NCBI GenBank assembly: GCA_026023565.1
Contig: JAPETS010000017.1
Location: 496,001-560,000, forward strand
Direction of reading: 5' to 3'
DNA length: 64,000 bases
From: Cirrosporium novae-zelandiae
Taxonomy: Eukaryota
Positions 1 through 14,923 of this stretch are shown in pieces (position 1 is the stretch's first letter; the number at the start of each line of letters is the position of its first letter). The translations under genes were made by a program, and so were the position numbers. The notes under the pieces were generated by a model. The model did no database searches, had not been told where the DNA came from, and was given only the letters and a program-made list of their open reading frames with translations.

Positions 1-2
1 CA

Positions 3-392
3 CCTTGGCACTTCTGCTTCTGCGTAAAGCTTGCCGAGCTCTTCATATTGCTCAACGTAGATGAGGCCTGTTCTCGACCCATGCGCGATATGCGACCTAA
101 GATTGTTTCTAATGCGGTGGCATACCTACACCAGCACATCATCATCCAAAGCCATGATAATACCACTAAAGGAAAAAAGGTTTGTGGATTGGAGGAGGTC
201 TTGAAATGGGTGAGAAGATATAATAATAGGCCGCCGGTGTTAAATGAAGATGATGGGGAAATGATTTCGGTTCTTTTAAAGGAGTTGGATAATCGTTACA
301 AATATATACATGGGGTTTCTGCTATTGATTTTGGCACATTGAGACAGGAAGAAGAAGATACTGGGAGGGAGTGTCCTTTAAAGAAAGTTTAA
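3..392 (+). CDS. 3' end of a hypothetical protein running off the window start
   Basis: Frame 3 is open from base 3 to TAA at 390-392. No recognisable motif. Confidence 0.4.
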   Translation, partial: PWHFCFCVKLAELFILLNVDEACSRPMRDMRPKIVSNAVAYLHQHIIIQSHDNTTKGKKVCGLEEVLKWVRRYNNRPPVLNEDDGEMISVLLKELDNRYKYIHGVSAIDFGTLRQEEEDTGRECPLKKV

Positions 393-1743
393 TAGTTGAG
401 CGGAAACTGATGAAGTTGGGTGAAATATTAGGTGCTTCTAAAAATAAGCTTTCGAAGAATGCCAAGGCCTACTACTTGATAGTAACGCCATACCAGACAA
501 CCTTTTTATATAGATATGCTCCAAGTCTTTGACGCCAGGATTTTGATATAGATATAGCATTTATGAAATTTCTTTGATAGTTATTGTCCGTCAGGGCCTT
601 CATCCTCTTATCGCCTTGTACTTACCCAGAACATCAGGCTACACATTTTCAAGTGAGAATCCATCAATCCACAGATCTGCCTAACTCTTCGCGTTACACT
701 TATCCAGGTCTTTTGGTAGTTGTATATATACGAATGCTATTTTGAAATGAAGCGGATCATTTTACTAAGTTACCATTGGGCAAATTACGAGGCCTCCTTA
801 ACGCCCCCTAGATAATAATCGCATTTGTTTCAGCTTCTATTTCACAAGCCCCTCCAAATTCTTATCCTTGGTTCATATCTATATATCTTGCCATTAGCTC
901 CACAAGCCTCCATATTTACTTTCCCTTTCCCTTTCCCATCTCCGACGCCCCTTCCCCAAATGCTCAGACCTCACCTCACACCCGATTAACCTGATGACTG
1001 CGTGGGCGGATTTCATGGGACTCTTGGAGATTCCTTCCAGATCTCGTGCTTCATGAAGCAAGCAGTAGACACGAGTCATGGGGAGTTTTAGTAGCCGTAG
1101 TGTACGAGGATGAAAATGGATCCGCGACCAGCGTAGTAGTGGTCAATGAATGCAGGGGAATATATCAAGCACGAAAAGGTAGGAGGTTCATGACATAGCA
1201 TAGTGGGAGATGTTTTTGGGGTGTTACGGTTTTCCTTGGGGAAGTAGGCGATGATAGTGATCGCCGAAAATGGTGAATATTCAAGGGATAGATAATAGTT
1301 CAATTGGTATGCAGCAGCAACAACAAAAATTTCTCTCACAATATAAGAGGAACCATGAGTTTACACGGGAGAATGTATATTTTCATTTTTGTTCACAAAG
1401 AGATGGTAGGAATAGATATGGTTGGTTGGTCGAGATTGGAGTAAGGATATGAAAGGTTTTATAGGGGGTTGAGGTTCTATCGATGAAACAAGCTGGAGCA
1501 ATGGAAATCTACCTAGCTACTCGGGCCTTGTATCCCGAGAATCTTCATTAAGAATTATTTTCAGCCAGATATCACCGTAGCCTCGACCTGCCTACCAAAA
1601 ATAAGCGAAGAGGTGAGGTGGGGGGGGGGGGGGGGTTAGAAAAAAAAGAGCCTCCTCCTCCTCTCGGTCTTCAACTCAAGCCCCCCCTCCTCTTCCCCTC
1701 TTCAACCTTATTTATATACCAATTAACGATACTTAACTCTCAA

Positions 1744-1990
1744 CAGGTGGTAGGTTACTTCGGTCCGATGGTTTAAGTGTTTAAGCAGGCCCCTTTGCTT
1801 CGGGAGCCGCACACATTACCCGCCCATAAAGATCATCCAACATGATGCCCGTTGTTAACGGGGTTCGATTCGCGTGCGGGTCGGGTGCATGCCCTTGAGA
1901 TAATTCCTTCAGATATTTGAAATTCCGTACGTTAGTTAACCCTCTTATAATATGTAGAGGAGCCAACTGATCTTATTTTTTTATTTTTTA
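1744..1990 (+). ncRNA. Putative RNA Pol III transcription unit; tRNA-like structured RNA of unknown identity
   Basis: TATATA at 1713-1718. A-box TGGTTTAAGTG at 1769-1779. B-box GGTTCGATTC at 1862-1871. T-runs start at 1976. Several stems can form (see findings). Confidence 0.5.
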
Positions 1991-2352
1991 AAAAGATGCT
2001 TTGATGTGATGAGATAAGATAGAATAAAATTGTTTATATCTGTTCTTTTGAACTGTATTTTGGTACAAATGAAATAGGGTCTTCCTTGAAATAACTTTCA
2101 AGTGTCCTTCCAATTAAAGAGGCCAAGAGTGAGTATCTGCCTGAAAGGCTATATTCCTGTGGTTAGAGAGACCTAGGATGTTATACCTACCTACAGCAAA
2201 TGCGAAGGTGTCTAGCTTATTGCAATTAGTAACCACTTCACTTTCATTCAATGTGATCCAAGTCCATTTACATCCTATCATCATCGTGCTTCCAGACGGC
2301 GTAATTCTATCCCTCGTCCTATATAAATATGGAACATAGGAAGCCATTGATG

Positions 2353-2353
<1 letters not shown>

Positions 2354-2383
<30 letters not shown>
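2354..2383. repeat. (TAG)10 microsatellite
   Basis: Perfect trinucleotide run. Confidence 0.95.
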
Positions 2384-4202
2384 CTTACTAAATCAAAAAA
2401 AGGAAAAGGAAAACAGATCAATAGAGAGAATTTCGAAAACAAGAATGTGAAATTTCAATGGATAGTCCACTATTATAAGTGAGTTGGCAACGAAGATGAC
2501 CGTGATAAGGTAGTAGCTTTCAAGTTTATGTGCCTCCTCTTCTTCTTCTCGGTATTATGACTATATCCTTGCTACTGTCAGCAGTCTATACAAATAGATA
2601 AATCCGGATAAAAGGCCAAGAGCTATATATCTTTTTTGGAGAAGTAGATAAGGCAAATAAACAGGAACTTGAGCCTCTCTCTTAAGCAAACAAAATTCAG
2701 ACATTCTTGCATCGTCGATATTTCCCTAACCTAACCGGTATAGCACTCACTCCATTATCCAGTTAGTACTTGGTAAATCAGATTATCGACCGACATCAGA
2801 GAGCCTAGGATTGAAGCCAAGATAGGCTCCCCCCCAAAAAAAACAAGATGCGATCAGACAAAGTTGGAAATTGATGGAAAGGAGATAGACATTCGCATGA
2901 ACCGATAGATTGAATAAATTATATCACGAACACGAACGATGCTTACCTACTTTCGGAACAAGCTAAAGAAATATTACACAGAATTAAAATTAAACGTGAA
3001 TTTGATTTACTTGTCTTTGACGAGAAAGGTAGAATGTAGATCTACACGAAAAGTATGCCTAAAAATGGCAATTGGAGATGGAAAAGCGGTTTAGGGGAAG
3101 AAATTTGGATCGCCTTCCTGTGGATACTTACATAACATTAGATCTACACCGCTTTAAAAGTTTGCAAAAGATCTACACCCTACTAATTTGTAACAAGCAG
3201 ATTATCAAGTATTTACCGAATTGACAAAGCCCCTTCCTTTACCACGGCAACGAACCTACATCGAAATGATTTAACAAATCCACCCAAATTACTCTCCTGG
3301 AAAGAAAACAACAAGGGACAAAACAATGGAGCAACAACTATATCTCCATTAGCTGATATATATGTAATGTCTATGTACAATACAAGGGGAAAAATCGGGA
3401 AGGTAAACAAATACAGAAAAGGTATACGAGAAAACACTGCAGTCATAGAGTCATCACCCAGAGAAGTCAAACAACCGCTATCTTTTCCACGTTAACAAGA
3501 TTCATGTGCCAGTGCCCCAGATTATCAGTAAGTGCATAGATGAACTTGGAGAAGGATATCTCAGAGACATTACAGATTAGTGCATGCTTGAGTTATCGTG
3601 TGGGCTTTATCAGATGATGGGGATACACAGCTTTGCTTTATGAGTGAATGAGGATACCTAAAAGCGCTGGAGCCTGCCAGCGCACCAAAATGTATAGAAA
3701 ACAACTGATACAAACGGTGGCACCAGGTCAAGGCACAAATAATCAGTGAGGTAAAAAAGGATTTTGTTTTCAACGCTTAAAAGGTATGTATGTAATGCAT
3801 CCCCGAAGAGGAAACACGCTCCGAGACACCTTTTCGTCGCACCGCAACTCATACCGGTTCTCTGTGGTAAGACAAAAACAACCTTAGGTATCTCTGCAAA
3901 TATTAACATTGAATGCCGGGACCCATAGGAATACACAAGTGAAGATTGATGAAGATCGTCCGCCGGGTATCGTAGTTGTCAGGCGAAGAGATAAGCCGAA
4001 CGCCCATTTGAGACACCATCAAGATAAATGCACCCGAAGATCGTACACGCATCGCGAATTATTCTTCCATCTCACCCCCTTTGACAATCGTAGAATCCCT
4101 CGTCAAAGGCTAATATATCGACGATCGCTAAGATAAATTATGCCAGCGGATGCAACAGTAGAAACGAATATAAAGGAAAAGATGTCGTCAGTTGCCAAAA
4201 AT

Positions 4203-5602
4203 TTAGTCGGAGAAGACAAATGTTGCAGTTCCAGACATAACCTCGACCTATGAAAAATGTAAGCAATAGTCAAACTGGGATATTTAGCAAGCACTTACGG
4301 TGCAACCGTCAGAGCTGCAGCCACTATCATTGCAGTATTCACCATCCTCATAATAGCAAGTACCACTAAGATCATCACCCTTGATAGTAATCTTGAAGTC
4401 GAGTGTTGCGTCAGTGGTTGGCGAGTTAGGAATGATGGAGATCCAGGTGGCGCCGTCAGTTGTGCCGACACCAAGATTGACGGGTGCCCAGTTGCCAATG
4501 TCTTCGCTAGATGAGCCCCATTGGCAAGCTTCTGCGGTAGTATATCCAGCAGGGTTAACGTAGTACTGAGCGGAAGTGGTAGCGCCTTCCCATTTATAGT
4601 AGGTGTCACCATCGGGGCAGGTAAGCTCTTCAGTAGCTCCAGCAGCGACAGCGAGAGGAATGGTCTCAGACTCAGTACCTATCACATATTAGCGCATGTC
4701 ATTATGAAAAGGAGTAATATAATAGACCTACCTGGGTAATCAGTTCGGCAAACTGGGACAGTTTGGCTAAGCTTGTTCTGGACCTTGGTATTTCCAGTAC
4801 CTGAAATGCAAAGAGTGGTGAAATTGGAGTTGGTCAAAGTAAGCTTGCCATCGGTGCAAGTAATACCACCAACGGATTGACCGGTTGAACCTTGGGTAGT
4901 TGGCCACTGGGACTTTTGGTAGCCAGCTGGGCAGGCATAGGAACACATGTTTCCTTCTTTGCAGCTACCAGAGGTAGCGGTAGTGATGTCGGATACACTG
5001 CTTCCAGAGTAGGTAACCTCTTGGATACCTGACCATCCGTCCAAGCCCAGGTAGTTAAGGGCAATAGCACCGTAGTCTGAGGGGAATGTGTCACAGTCCA
5101 ATTCACCATCTGGGAAATCGGTATCGACACCTGTGCCACTTGAGGAGCTACTAGATGAAGTGGAGCTAGAGGCAGAAGACGAACTGCTTGCGACGGCGGA
5201 GGAAGAAGCGGCGTAGGTCGAGGATGCAGCCGCGGAGCTGCTGGATTCAATTGCAAAGAACTCTGCAACTGCAACAGAGCTCGCGACGGCTACACTTGAA
5301 GAAGTGGCAGCCGCACTGGAACTAGCGACGACGACAGAGCTGGTGGTAGTGGACACCGAGTTGACAACTGGAGCACCGTTCGCCCATTTCAAGGTCCCGT
5401 TCGCAATTCCTTCGTACACCTCGTCGGCCGAAATAGAGTGGCCATCGAGTTCATAAGCAACTACGGTGGGACCGGTGACAGCCACAACCGTTGTATCTGG
5501 AGATCGCTTTTCAACAACATGGCGGTGGTGGTGGTGATGGGCAGGCTGGGCTGCAACCAACGTCCCAGCGGCAAGTGAAATTGCAAGAGCCGACAACTTC
5601 AT
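4203..5602 (-). CDS. SUN1: SUN-family (Sim1/Uth1/Nca3/Sun4, GH132) secreted beta-1,3-glucanase, 3 coding exons
   Basis: Signal peptide, His run with KR site and Ser/Ala-rich linker. SUN-domain motifs FPDGELDC, CSYACPAGY, CRTDYPGTE and QYYVNPAG. Introns 4679-4731 and 4248-4298; last exon VEVMSGTATFVFSD*. Probable 5'UTR intron at ~5740-5890. Confidence 0.93.
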
Positions 5603-7338
5603 CTTGATAATTCGTTTAAATATTGATTTCGGAAAGGATTGAAGTGAAGTCTGTCGAAGACTTCGGGAATTCTCGTAGAATCGGTGTGTACGAGATTAAC
5701 TTAAGGAGTGTTATGCTGTGGTAGCAGGATCTTGTTCACCTATATGGAAGGTCAATAATTAGCCATTCGCTGTTTGTTTGTATGTTTCGAAACACAACAA
5801 TGAATTCAAGACATTCCCTCAAGCTAATGAAGGCGAATTGCATCGTATATGATTGACTTGGTGTTTGTGTTTCTCTTTGGACAGGTACGTACAGGATGTG
5901 ATGAGGAATTTGCCAGAGAGCGGTGGGACGTAATATGGCAGGAAGGTGTCGGTTCTTCTGTACAGGAAATTGTTAATTCGGAAGAAGGGTGGATGCGGCG
6001 GGTACGAAGTATAGTAAATTGTCGCCAGGAATTATTCCAAAAGAGTGAAATGGGAAAATACTCCCAGGTGAGGATGGCTGACTTGAGATGAAGAAATCCT
6101 AGTGACAGTAAAGTTGATGGGTTGTTTGATGAAGATGAAGTATAGAAGAAGTGGATTAGGAGAAAGGGGGGGAGTATGTTTTGGGGACCGCCTTCACTTC
6201 GCGTGCCTGACTAGCGTCCAGGACTAAGAGCGATCAGGTAAGGTGTCGATTGTCGGAAATGAGGTCAAAAAAATAGACTTCACTATTGTCCAATAATGGC
6301 CGAGGGACCGACAAGCCTGACAAGCCTGACTTTCGCAAAACAACTGCAAAACACCCAAGGCGAACCAATGGAACACCAAAAAACCCCCCAAACCCACTCC
6401 AAGGGAAATCCCAGTCTTTCCTAAAAGGTGCTAAAAATGTCCAGAAACAAACTCATAGTGTCAAAAAAAAACAACTGAGGTGCAAAACAAAAGGGCATTA
6501 AAAAGGGGGTCAACCAGCTGGACAACGGCCACTTGACCACTCCCAGAATACCAAGACCAGCGAAAGACCACTCAGGTCAATGGACCGCCCATGGACAGCG
6601 GACACCAATGGATACCATCGACATCTCCAACCAAAAACCTACACCCAATACACACCTGACGCGTCTGGCTTGGCTGGGTAATCTTGGTAATTTGAAAAGG
6701 AGAATCCATGAATATCCCATTCCAAAAAGTCTTGGGAGGACCTCCTGTTGAGCCTCGTAACTCGCCAAGATTTATTTTCTGTAATTGGTCCGTTGCCCCA
6801 CCCAGAAAGTAATCAAAACAACTTACCAAACAAAGCTTCCTTTTTTCTAAAATATGTCGTGATTGTCTCCAATCCGATGAGATTCAAGAGATTGGACAAT
6901 CCGCTTTCTGCCTTCAATTGCTTGCGTAAACTGGCACTTCTCCGGCACTGTTGATGGTCGAGCTGCGGCACGCCGCGCTTCTTCTATATCAAAAAAGACA
7001 ATGGAGTATCTATATCTAGTCGTAATTCGGGTATCTTAGTGAATATAGTAGGAGATGATAACCAACAAGGTTGTTTTGCTTGGGCTTGTTGTTGATTTGT
7101 TGCTCCACCTATCTTAGTTGTCAAGGGAGGGAGAGAAGAAGAGAACGTCTGGAGGAATAAGTTATGTCTTTGCCAGAAGGAATGAATTCTTTCACTATCG
7201 TGGAAGAGGGGCGCAACCAGAATTTCCAAAATTCCAAATTCTGGGAGCATGGTCTGCCTTTTTCTACTACTTTACAATGCAAGATGGAATCAAAGGATGA
7301 ACCAAAGAAAATGCTCGACTCTGGTACCACCTCAGTAA

Positions 7339-7395
7339 TATGCAAAAGTATGCAAAGGTATGCAGAGGTATAGCAGAGGTATGCAAAAGTATGCA
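7339..7395. repeat. Imperfect ~10-bp tandem repeat (TATGCAAAAG-like), about 5-6 copies
   Basis: tatgcaaaag tatgcaaagg tatgcagagg tatagcagagg tatgcaaaag tatgca. Confidence 0.8.
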
Positions 7396-10059
7396 CACAG
7401 TATAAATTTTCTCTTCTCGTCTCTTCTGTTTCCTTACTGTTGTTCCTTGTTTATTTGTTTGTCTGTCTGTCTGGTCGGGGAACACTTTCCAGGTGGATCC
7501 AAAACCTTGAATCTTTTCTGCCAACAGAGAGAATAGAGCCAGGGACCCCCCAGGACCCCCCAGGACCATCCATTGTCAACAATCAAACCAATCAAACCTA
7601 TCAAACCCCCCAATTAGACTTTTAACAGTACATAATTTGTTATTTCCCTGTTTTTCTGTGCCTGAAATCCCCTTGCAAGGCACTAAACTCCTGGAAGTCT
7701 TGAATGTCCTGAAAGTAAGTCCGGGGCTGTTTTGGCCACGCAAGCAGATAAAATAATGACCCATTGCTGTCGCAACTTCTGGAAATTCCTCTCTCCATCT
7801 GGACTGTCCTAATCTAGGCATAACTACCGACTTCTCTATCTTCATTATCTTATTTACCACTTTCCACGTCAATGGGTTTGTTTGGATTGGAAAAGAAAAA
7901 AAAAGTTGAAAATAGCCTTAAAACAACTAAATGAATGATGGGCAGGAAATGACGTGTCTGGATAAATTAATTGATTGCGTTGCTGGCCAATGGTGTAAAA
8001 GAACCCTAACCAATTGCCAGTTGTAGTCCAAATCCACTTCGTTATTCATCTCTTCTCGTGCCTCGTGGGATTTCACAGCGTGTGGTTGATTTGAGCTGAA
8101 AGTCCTCTCTCATTCACTTCAACAGTATCGGAAACAACAAGACCACATGATTATCGTGTACACCCGATATTACTGCGACAATGTCGTTTCGGATGCAGCC
8201 ACACAACCTCCCCGCTGAACCAAAAGCACAGCCGCAATATTTACACAATTATCATTTTTCCCGCAAGCCCCATTTGTGGGTGATTGGTCCACTAAGCAGA
8301 TCATTTCAGAAGCGAAGTTCAACTTTGACGCATATTCAAGAGGTATGAACGCCTAAACGGTCGAGAACAAAGTGACATTTGGTACCTTCGGTGCTTGAAA
8401 AGCTAATGCAGGATACGAATTCAAACAAGGCTGGGCAAGCAGGATTTGCATGGTGAGAAGAAGAAAGGTACAGCGAGGCAATTGAGGCAATTGGATGATT
8501 CCTCCGAGAGAGGAATACTTTTGTAGAATTGGAAAGAAATTCTAGCCGAACAGAAGTGACCTTATGAACCTTTGACTCTAGATGTTAGTTCCCTGCATTC
8601 TGGAAGAACTTACACCATTATTCACGGCAGCTAGTTCCCTCTCCCCACAGTATGATGAATACATGTGTAGATGGATTCAACGGGAATACATAATAAATGT
8701 TCAATGCTCAATGTTCAGCTGAGTTGCTTAGGTCTTGTCGTTGAACCCGAGTTTTCCCGTTGACCTGCATAGGTTCCATGTGTTGTACTCCAATCCTTTC
8801 CTAAAAATAATGCCCAAGGTATTTCAGGCTTTAGATATCGATAAATTGACCGGGTACTAACTACGGGGAAAGCAAAAAGCCACAAGGCTCTCTGCTGAGA
8901 GTTTGTTCCATATCCACGGGTTGCAACCTGCGACCTTTTACAGAAAGTGCATCTGCAAGGTCCCGAGATCCCAGCAAAGGAGGAGTTGAGATGGTACCTA
9001 ATCGGAACAGAATCCAGCGAATAATGGCCAGAATTCGGCCACCGAAACATGACAATGATATGGGAAAGAGAAAAGAGAAGAGAAAAGAGAAGAGAAAAGA
9101 GAGGGATGTACCTATCATCATCCGACACATGCTTCTTCAAGATCCAGGAACAATCCATTATATCAAAGGATTTCTTGTCCTCCACAACCAGTTATCACAT
9201 GTGTCCCTTGATTGTTTCTGCAGAACAGAACCTCGGATACCAACTTTTACAAATAATCAACATTCTGCAAGCTCTTTGAATGCACTACTGCAGTGGTTGG
9301 GGATAACGTTGATAAAGAGTATGCGGTATTTCTGCAATCCAATCAACCCATTAATTTTTACTGTATATAGTAGTAGTAGTCACCTCAAATGTGAACCCGC
9401 AACATGGCCCTTAAGTTACCCGCATTTAAAGTGCTTAAAGAAATTTTCTTTCATCCGCTAGTATGCCATTGCCTTGCTCCATTACAATCATCATTTTCAA
9501 TTTTTTCGTCCGTTCGAGAAGTAGTTCCCCGTTTCCGTTATTATTATTTGCATATGTTCCAAGACCCCCTTACCATTGGATCTTGAAATCTTCCATCCCC
9601 GCAGACGGATAGGTAAAGCAAATAAAGTTAAGGAAAATATCGAACAGAAATCCAAGGAATATAGGAACATACTTTGACTTTCCACGGAATAATTCAAGTC
9701 TTTGCTCCATCGGTACATGCAGGAACAACCAGAGGATTTGCAAAAGTATCTAATGCCATGTACCGGCGTCATTGTTAGCTAGATTAATATCATAAAAAAT
9801 TTTCTTAATATATTAAAAAACAAGCCAATCCCATTCCAGGAACAGGAGAAACATTTGAATGAAGCATAGGCTACTATTTGCTATCGTTTTTAGTGGATGG
9901 ATAACTTGGAATATCTAGGCATTTCTATCCCATTGCTGTCAGAAATCTAGAATCCTTCTACAAGTAGGCCGTCTTTCTCGCTCAGATTTTTATCTTCCAA
10001 AGTCCTTCAATCCCAAGAAATCCCTCTCCCGGAGAGCACATTTTTGCCACTTCCAGTAC

Positions 10060-11439
<1,380 letters not shown>

Positions 11440-12747
11440 TTAAGTGACGACTATTAAAAATCTGCTGCCCTGGTCAGATCAATTGAAGATTTCTAGAAGT
11501 GAAGTGCGTCAGGTTGGAAAATTTTGCAAAAGAAGTGCAAATTAATCATTTTTTACATTAAAGACTGGCCGGTAAGTGGATAAAGACCCCGCCCCCACCA
11601 TCGTATTGGATATGTATGATAATTATCTAAAGGCTAACCCAACAGCCCTAAATTTGGCGTCACAGCGCCCATTCTAAGATCCTGAGATGCCTGTGGTGCC
11701 TTAATAAGTTGGCACAGAGCTATATACTTTGTTACTAATTATTTTGAGTTGGTATAGTCAAGTAGTGGCTAATGGCACAAAATTCAGCATGCAATCTTTC
11801 AACAATCATGTACATAGTATTTTCCAACAGATTGCTTGTCATTACTGATTTCTGCACTATCAGCTGCTCAAATATTATCACCTGAGCTTGTATTCATAGT
11901 CTAGAATCTCTATTTCTAATTCCACTTGGTCTTTTACTGCTAGTATTGATTACGGCGTATTTACCTATTGGATGATACCATGAGTATGCAGAAGTAGACA
12001 GTCACATACTCCCCCTCCTTTTAGCAGTAGGTTACTATTACGAGGATGTGCATTTCTTTCTACTGATAATGCAAAGGAGTTGGTGTTTACTTTGAATTAT
12101 GGCAAGAATATAGTTGTGAATGGGATAGAGTAATCGATCATATGCTGTTTTCTAGATAAGGAATAGATACAATTATTCTATAAATGGGAAGATAATTATG
12201 GGTTTATGATAGAGGAAGTAAGAGAGGTACTGTCATAGATAATGTAACTTAATGATATTTATTCCTGTAAAGGAATTCTCAGAACCGTACTGATAGCTAT
12301 AACGTCGATTCGGTGATTTCACCATCATTATGCTTTATCTAGAACTGTTATGAGCCATAGCTAATGAAACGATTCATTCTATATAAATCACAGCGGAGGT
12401 TTGTGGCTAACATGCAGACGAACTCCATCCTCTCATCTCCTCTGTAGGGTAAGGCTAAAGAAGGAGAGAAGTAGGTTTGAACTAGGGGAACGTATGTAGT
12501 CTAAAACCCTAGCGTCAGAGGAGGGCACTGACGAGCATATGGTGCTGCCTCAGTCTCTGTTGCTTGGCCTTTATGAATAACTAGACCTCCCGTGGGAATT
12601 ACAATGTCACTTCCGCTTTAAGATAGATATATTAGCTCAGAAAATATATATTCTTATGGTTTGCCGAGTTACTAGAAAGAATAAAAGCTCTAAGACAATA
12701 GACGAAGGTTACAAGACGCCTTAAATAACATTATTGCCATCTCAGAT

Positions 12748-14082
12748 CTAGTCTTTCGGTACGGCGTCTTCGGCGTGCCAGTTTTCAAGCCTCGATTTAT
12801 CCCAGATAACATAACCCCAGCACCTCGGAACCTCTCCTGAATAATCATAATAATAAGGAGTCACTTTCCCACCAACGTACCAGACCCAGGCTTGATTTGG
12901 GCCCTGTTGGTCTCCATCGAATAAGATATCCCCCTTATTCTCATGAGCCTCATATATCTCTGTGACGTTTAGAGAGTGATAAGGGGGCTCTGTTAAGGGC
13001 TCTGAGATGAAGAAATGATTGGGCCAAAGGTTGTCAGCGATAAGCACCTTTCGCTTTTCGTAGGAGGTTGTGAGCACCTGATGGAGGAAAGGGAGGCCGA
13101 GTTCCATGAAATGTTCCTTGTAGTCCTTAACGTTAATTCCTAAAAGTTATGTTAGTAGTGTGTCACCAAAACAAGAGACCTGAAATATACCATCTGACGA
13201 AAAGTTAAAATGTTCAGAACTCCATACTGATATCCCATCGTCGTCTGATTCATTCATCATGGCAACATCTGCTTCGACCTCCTGAAACTTCTCAGTGTAT
13301 CTCTTATAAATGAAGTCTCGTATACAACCTAATTCTTCCACCTCCCAGGGTTGAAAGATAGAGAAGAACATCCATGGCTTATCAGCTCCGTCAAAATCCT
13401 CTTGAATATCTGGGATAGTAAATTCTTTGGTGTCTGGAGAGCGTACACCTGACATCGAGAACAAGTTGCAATAAATCTGGAATCGATAGAATGCACGAAA
13501 TATGCGGCGTTTCTCGGTTGGTGAAGGTGGGACGTACTCAATATCTCGCCCGTAAGAGAGGGTGTAGACTTCGAATGTTGAACGACAAAAATCGTCCACA
13601 AGATCATGGATAATGATATGAAGATAAGCAAGCTCGACGGTACCTTGCAACTCCAGTTTCTCTGGTAACTTCATCGGTTGATCATGGTTCTGCTTATAGT
13701 GTTCTATAAATTCTTTCTTGGCTTGTATACGACCCGAACGGTCCATTCCTTCACATCGTAACTTGCTGCACTGATTGGCCATGAAGGCATCACAAAGTAC
13801 GGGTTCAATATCCCGACTTAGAACTGTAAAAAGTATACTTTCTGGTTTTTGGTAGTATGCCTGATGATATGAAGGAGATGCATGAACCAAGGATCTAAGA
13901 GATAGAAGGTCGGGCACTTGAGTGAGGACCTCCCATTTCAGTTCAGTGGGAATACCATCCAAAGATAATGGCACCACTGGCATCTTCGAAGGGCTCGATG
14001 AAACAGTCTTGTCGGCCGTGAATACATCATGTCTTTTTTTTGATAATCTTTTATGACGGAAGTAATTTATGAATTTTCTCAT
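12748..14082 (-). CDS. Fungal hypothetical protein with an F-box-like N-terminal motif, 2 exons
   Basis: Motif LDGIPTELKWEVLTQVPDLLSLRSLVHASP. Intron 13140-13190 (GTATAT..CTAAC..TAG) joins the two ORFs in frame. The start codon is uncertain (14082 or 13983). Confidence 0.75.
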
Positions 14083-14923
14083 GATGTTTAATGGAATGGT
14101 GCGTATGTTCACCAAATATGGAATGAAGAGAGAATGCGAATTCAGCTGGAAGGTCTCAGATAGTCAACTCATCGGCACAGCTGTGCAAAACCAGGGCTAG
14201 TGTCTTTTGGACGGCCCAAATAGCAGTAACTGAACATCATCTTTGAAGTCCAGGATTTTATCTATGTTTGGTGCATTGCAGCCAAAAGCATCGAGAACCT
14301 CAGAAAAGTGCGAACTTAGCCCCAACGCAGCCGCGCGCCTGGCACTTATTTTCTTTAAGCATCAACAATTTAACGAGAACGCGAAAAATCGTGTCCCTTA
14401 TTTTAATTCGCCTCTTTCAACCACTCATTATACACTACTATCGACTTCATTGAAACATGACCCGGTACTCGATTATAGGGTGCTCAAGTGCCTCCCGCAC
14501 GCCTAAATTCCATGTTGACATAGATTCACAGATTAAGCCAAGATCATGACTTGACAACATCTATTTGAGCGAGAGGTAGAATCTCCCTTGGACAAACTCC
14601 TTAGCCGCAATCATAGTTATATTCAAGGCCTTGTCCATCGTTTCTTCAGAATTCTAGTTTATGTATAGACAAGCGCTTTCCTCAATAACAGATACAGTAT
14701 CAGTTTCATATACATTCTAATGGTAGTTCATGTCCAAGAAAAAGTCGCCTATCTCACAGCTTCCATAGCCTTATTATGTTTTTCTGTTATATAAATTTGA
14801 CTAAGTTCCTATAGATCATATACCAAATACATTCCATTTTTTGCTACATTTCTTGTCTTATTTAGGTTTAATAAGACTTTGTATCTTTCTTATATAATTT
14901 ATTGTATATTATTTATCTTGATC

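Noticed and set aside
600..1340. Minus-strand gene with an intron-like GTGAGG..GCTAAT..AG segment
   Set aside because: Every spliced frame I tried hits a stop quickly and no protein family is recognisable.
1762..1883. Functional tRNA-Gln(TTG)
   Set aside because: The T stem is mostly unpaired, the anticodon loop is irregular with a pyrimidine at position 37, and the insert is not at the canonical intron position.
1931..1950. Telomerase RNA template (TAACCCT)
   Set aside because: Only 7 nt match, too short for a template with alignment region, and known filamentous-fungal telomerase RNAs are much longer.
2036..2050. U2 snRNA-like TATCTGTTCTTTT
   Set aside because: The flanking U2 sequence, including the branch-site recognition GTGTAGTA, is absent.
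12510..12560. Hammerhead ribozyme (CTGACGAG next to stems)
   Set aside because: No GAAA follows the putative stem II, so the catalytic core is incomplete.
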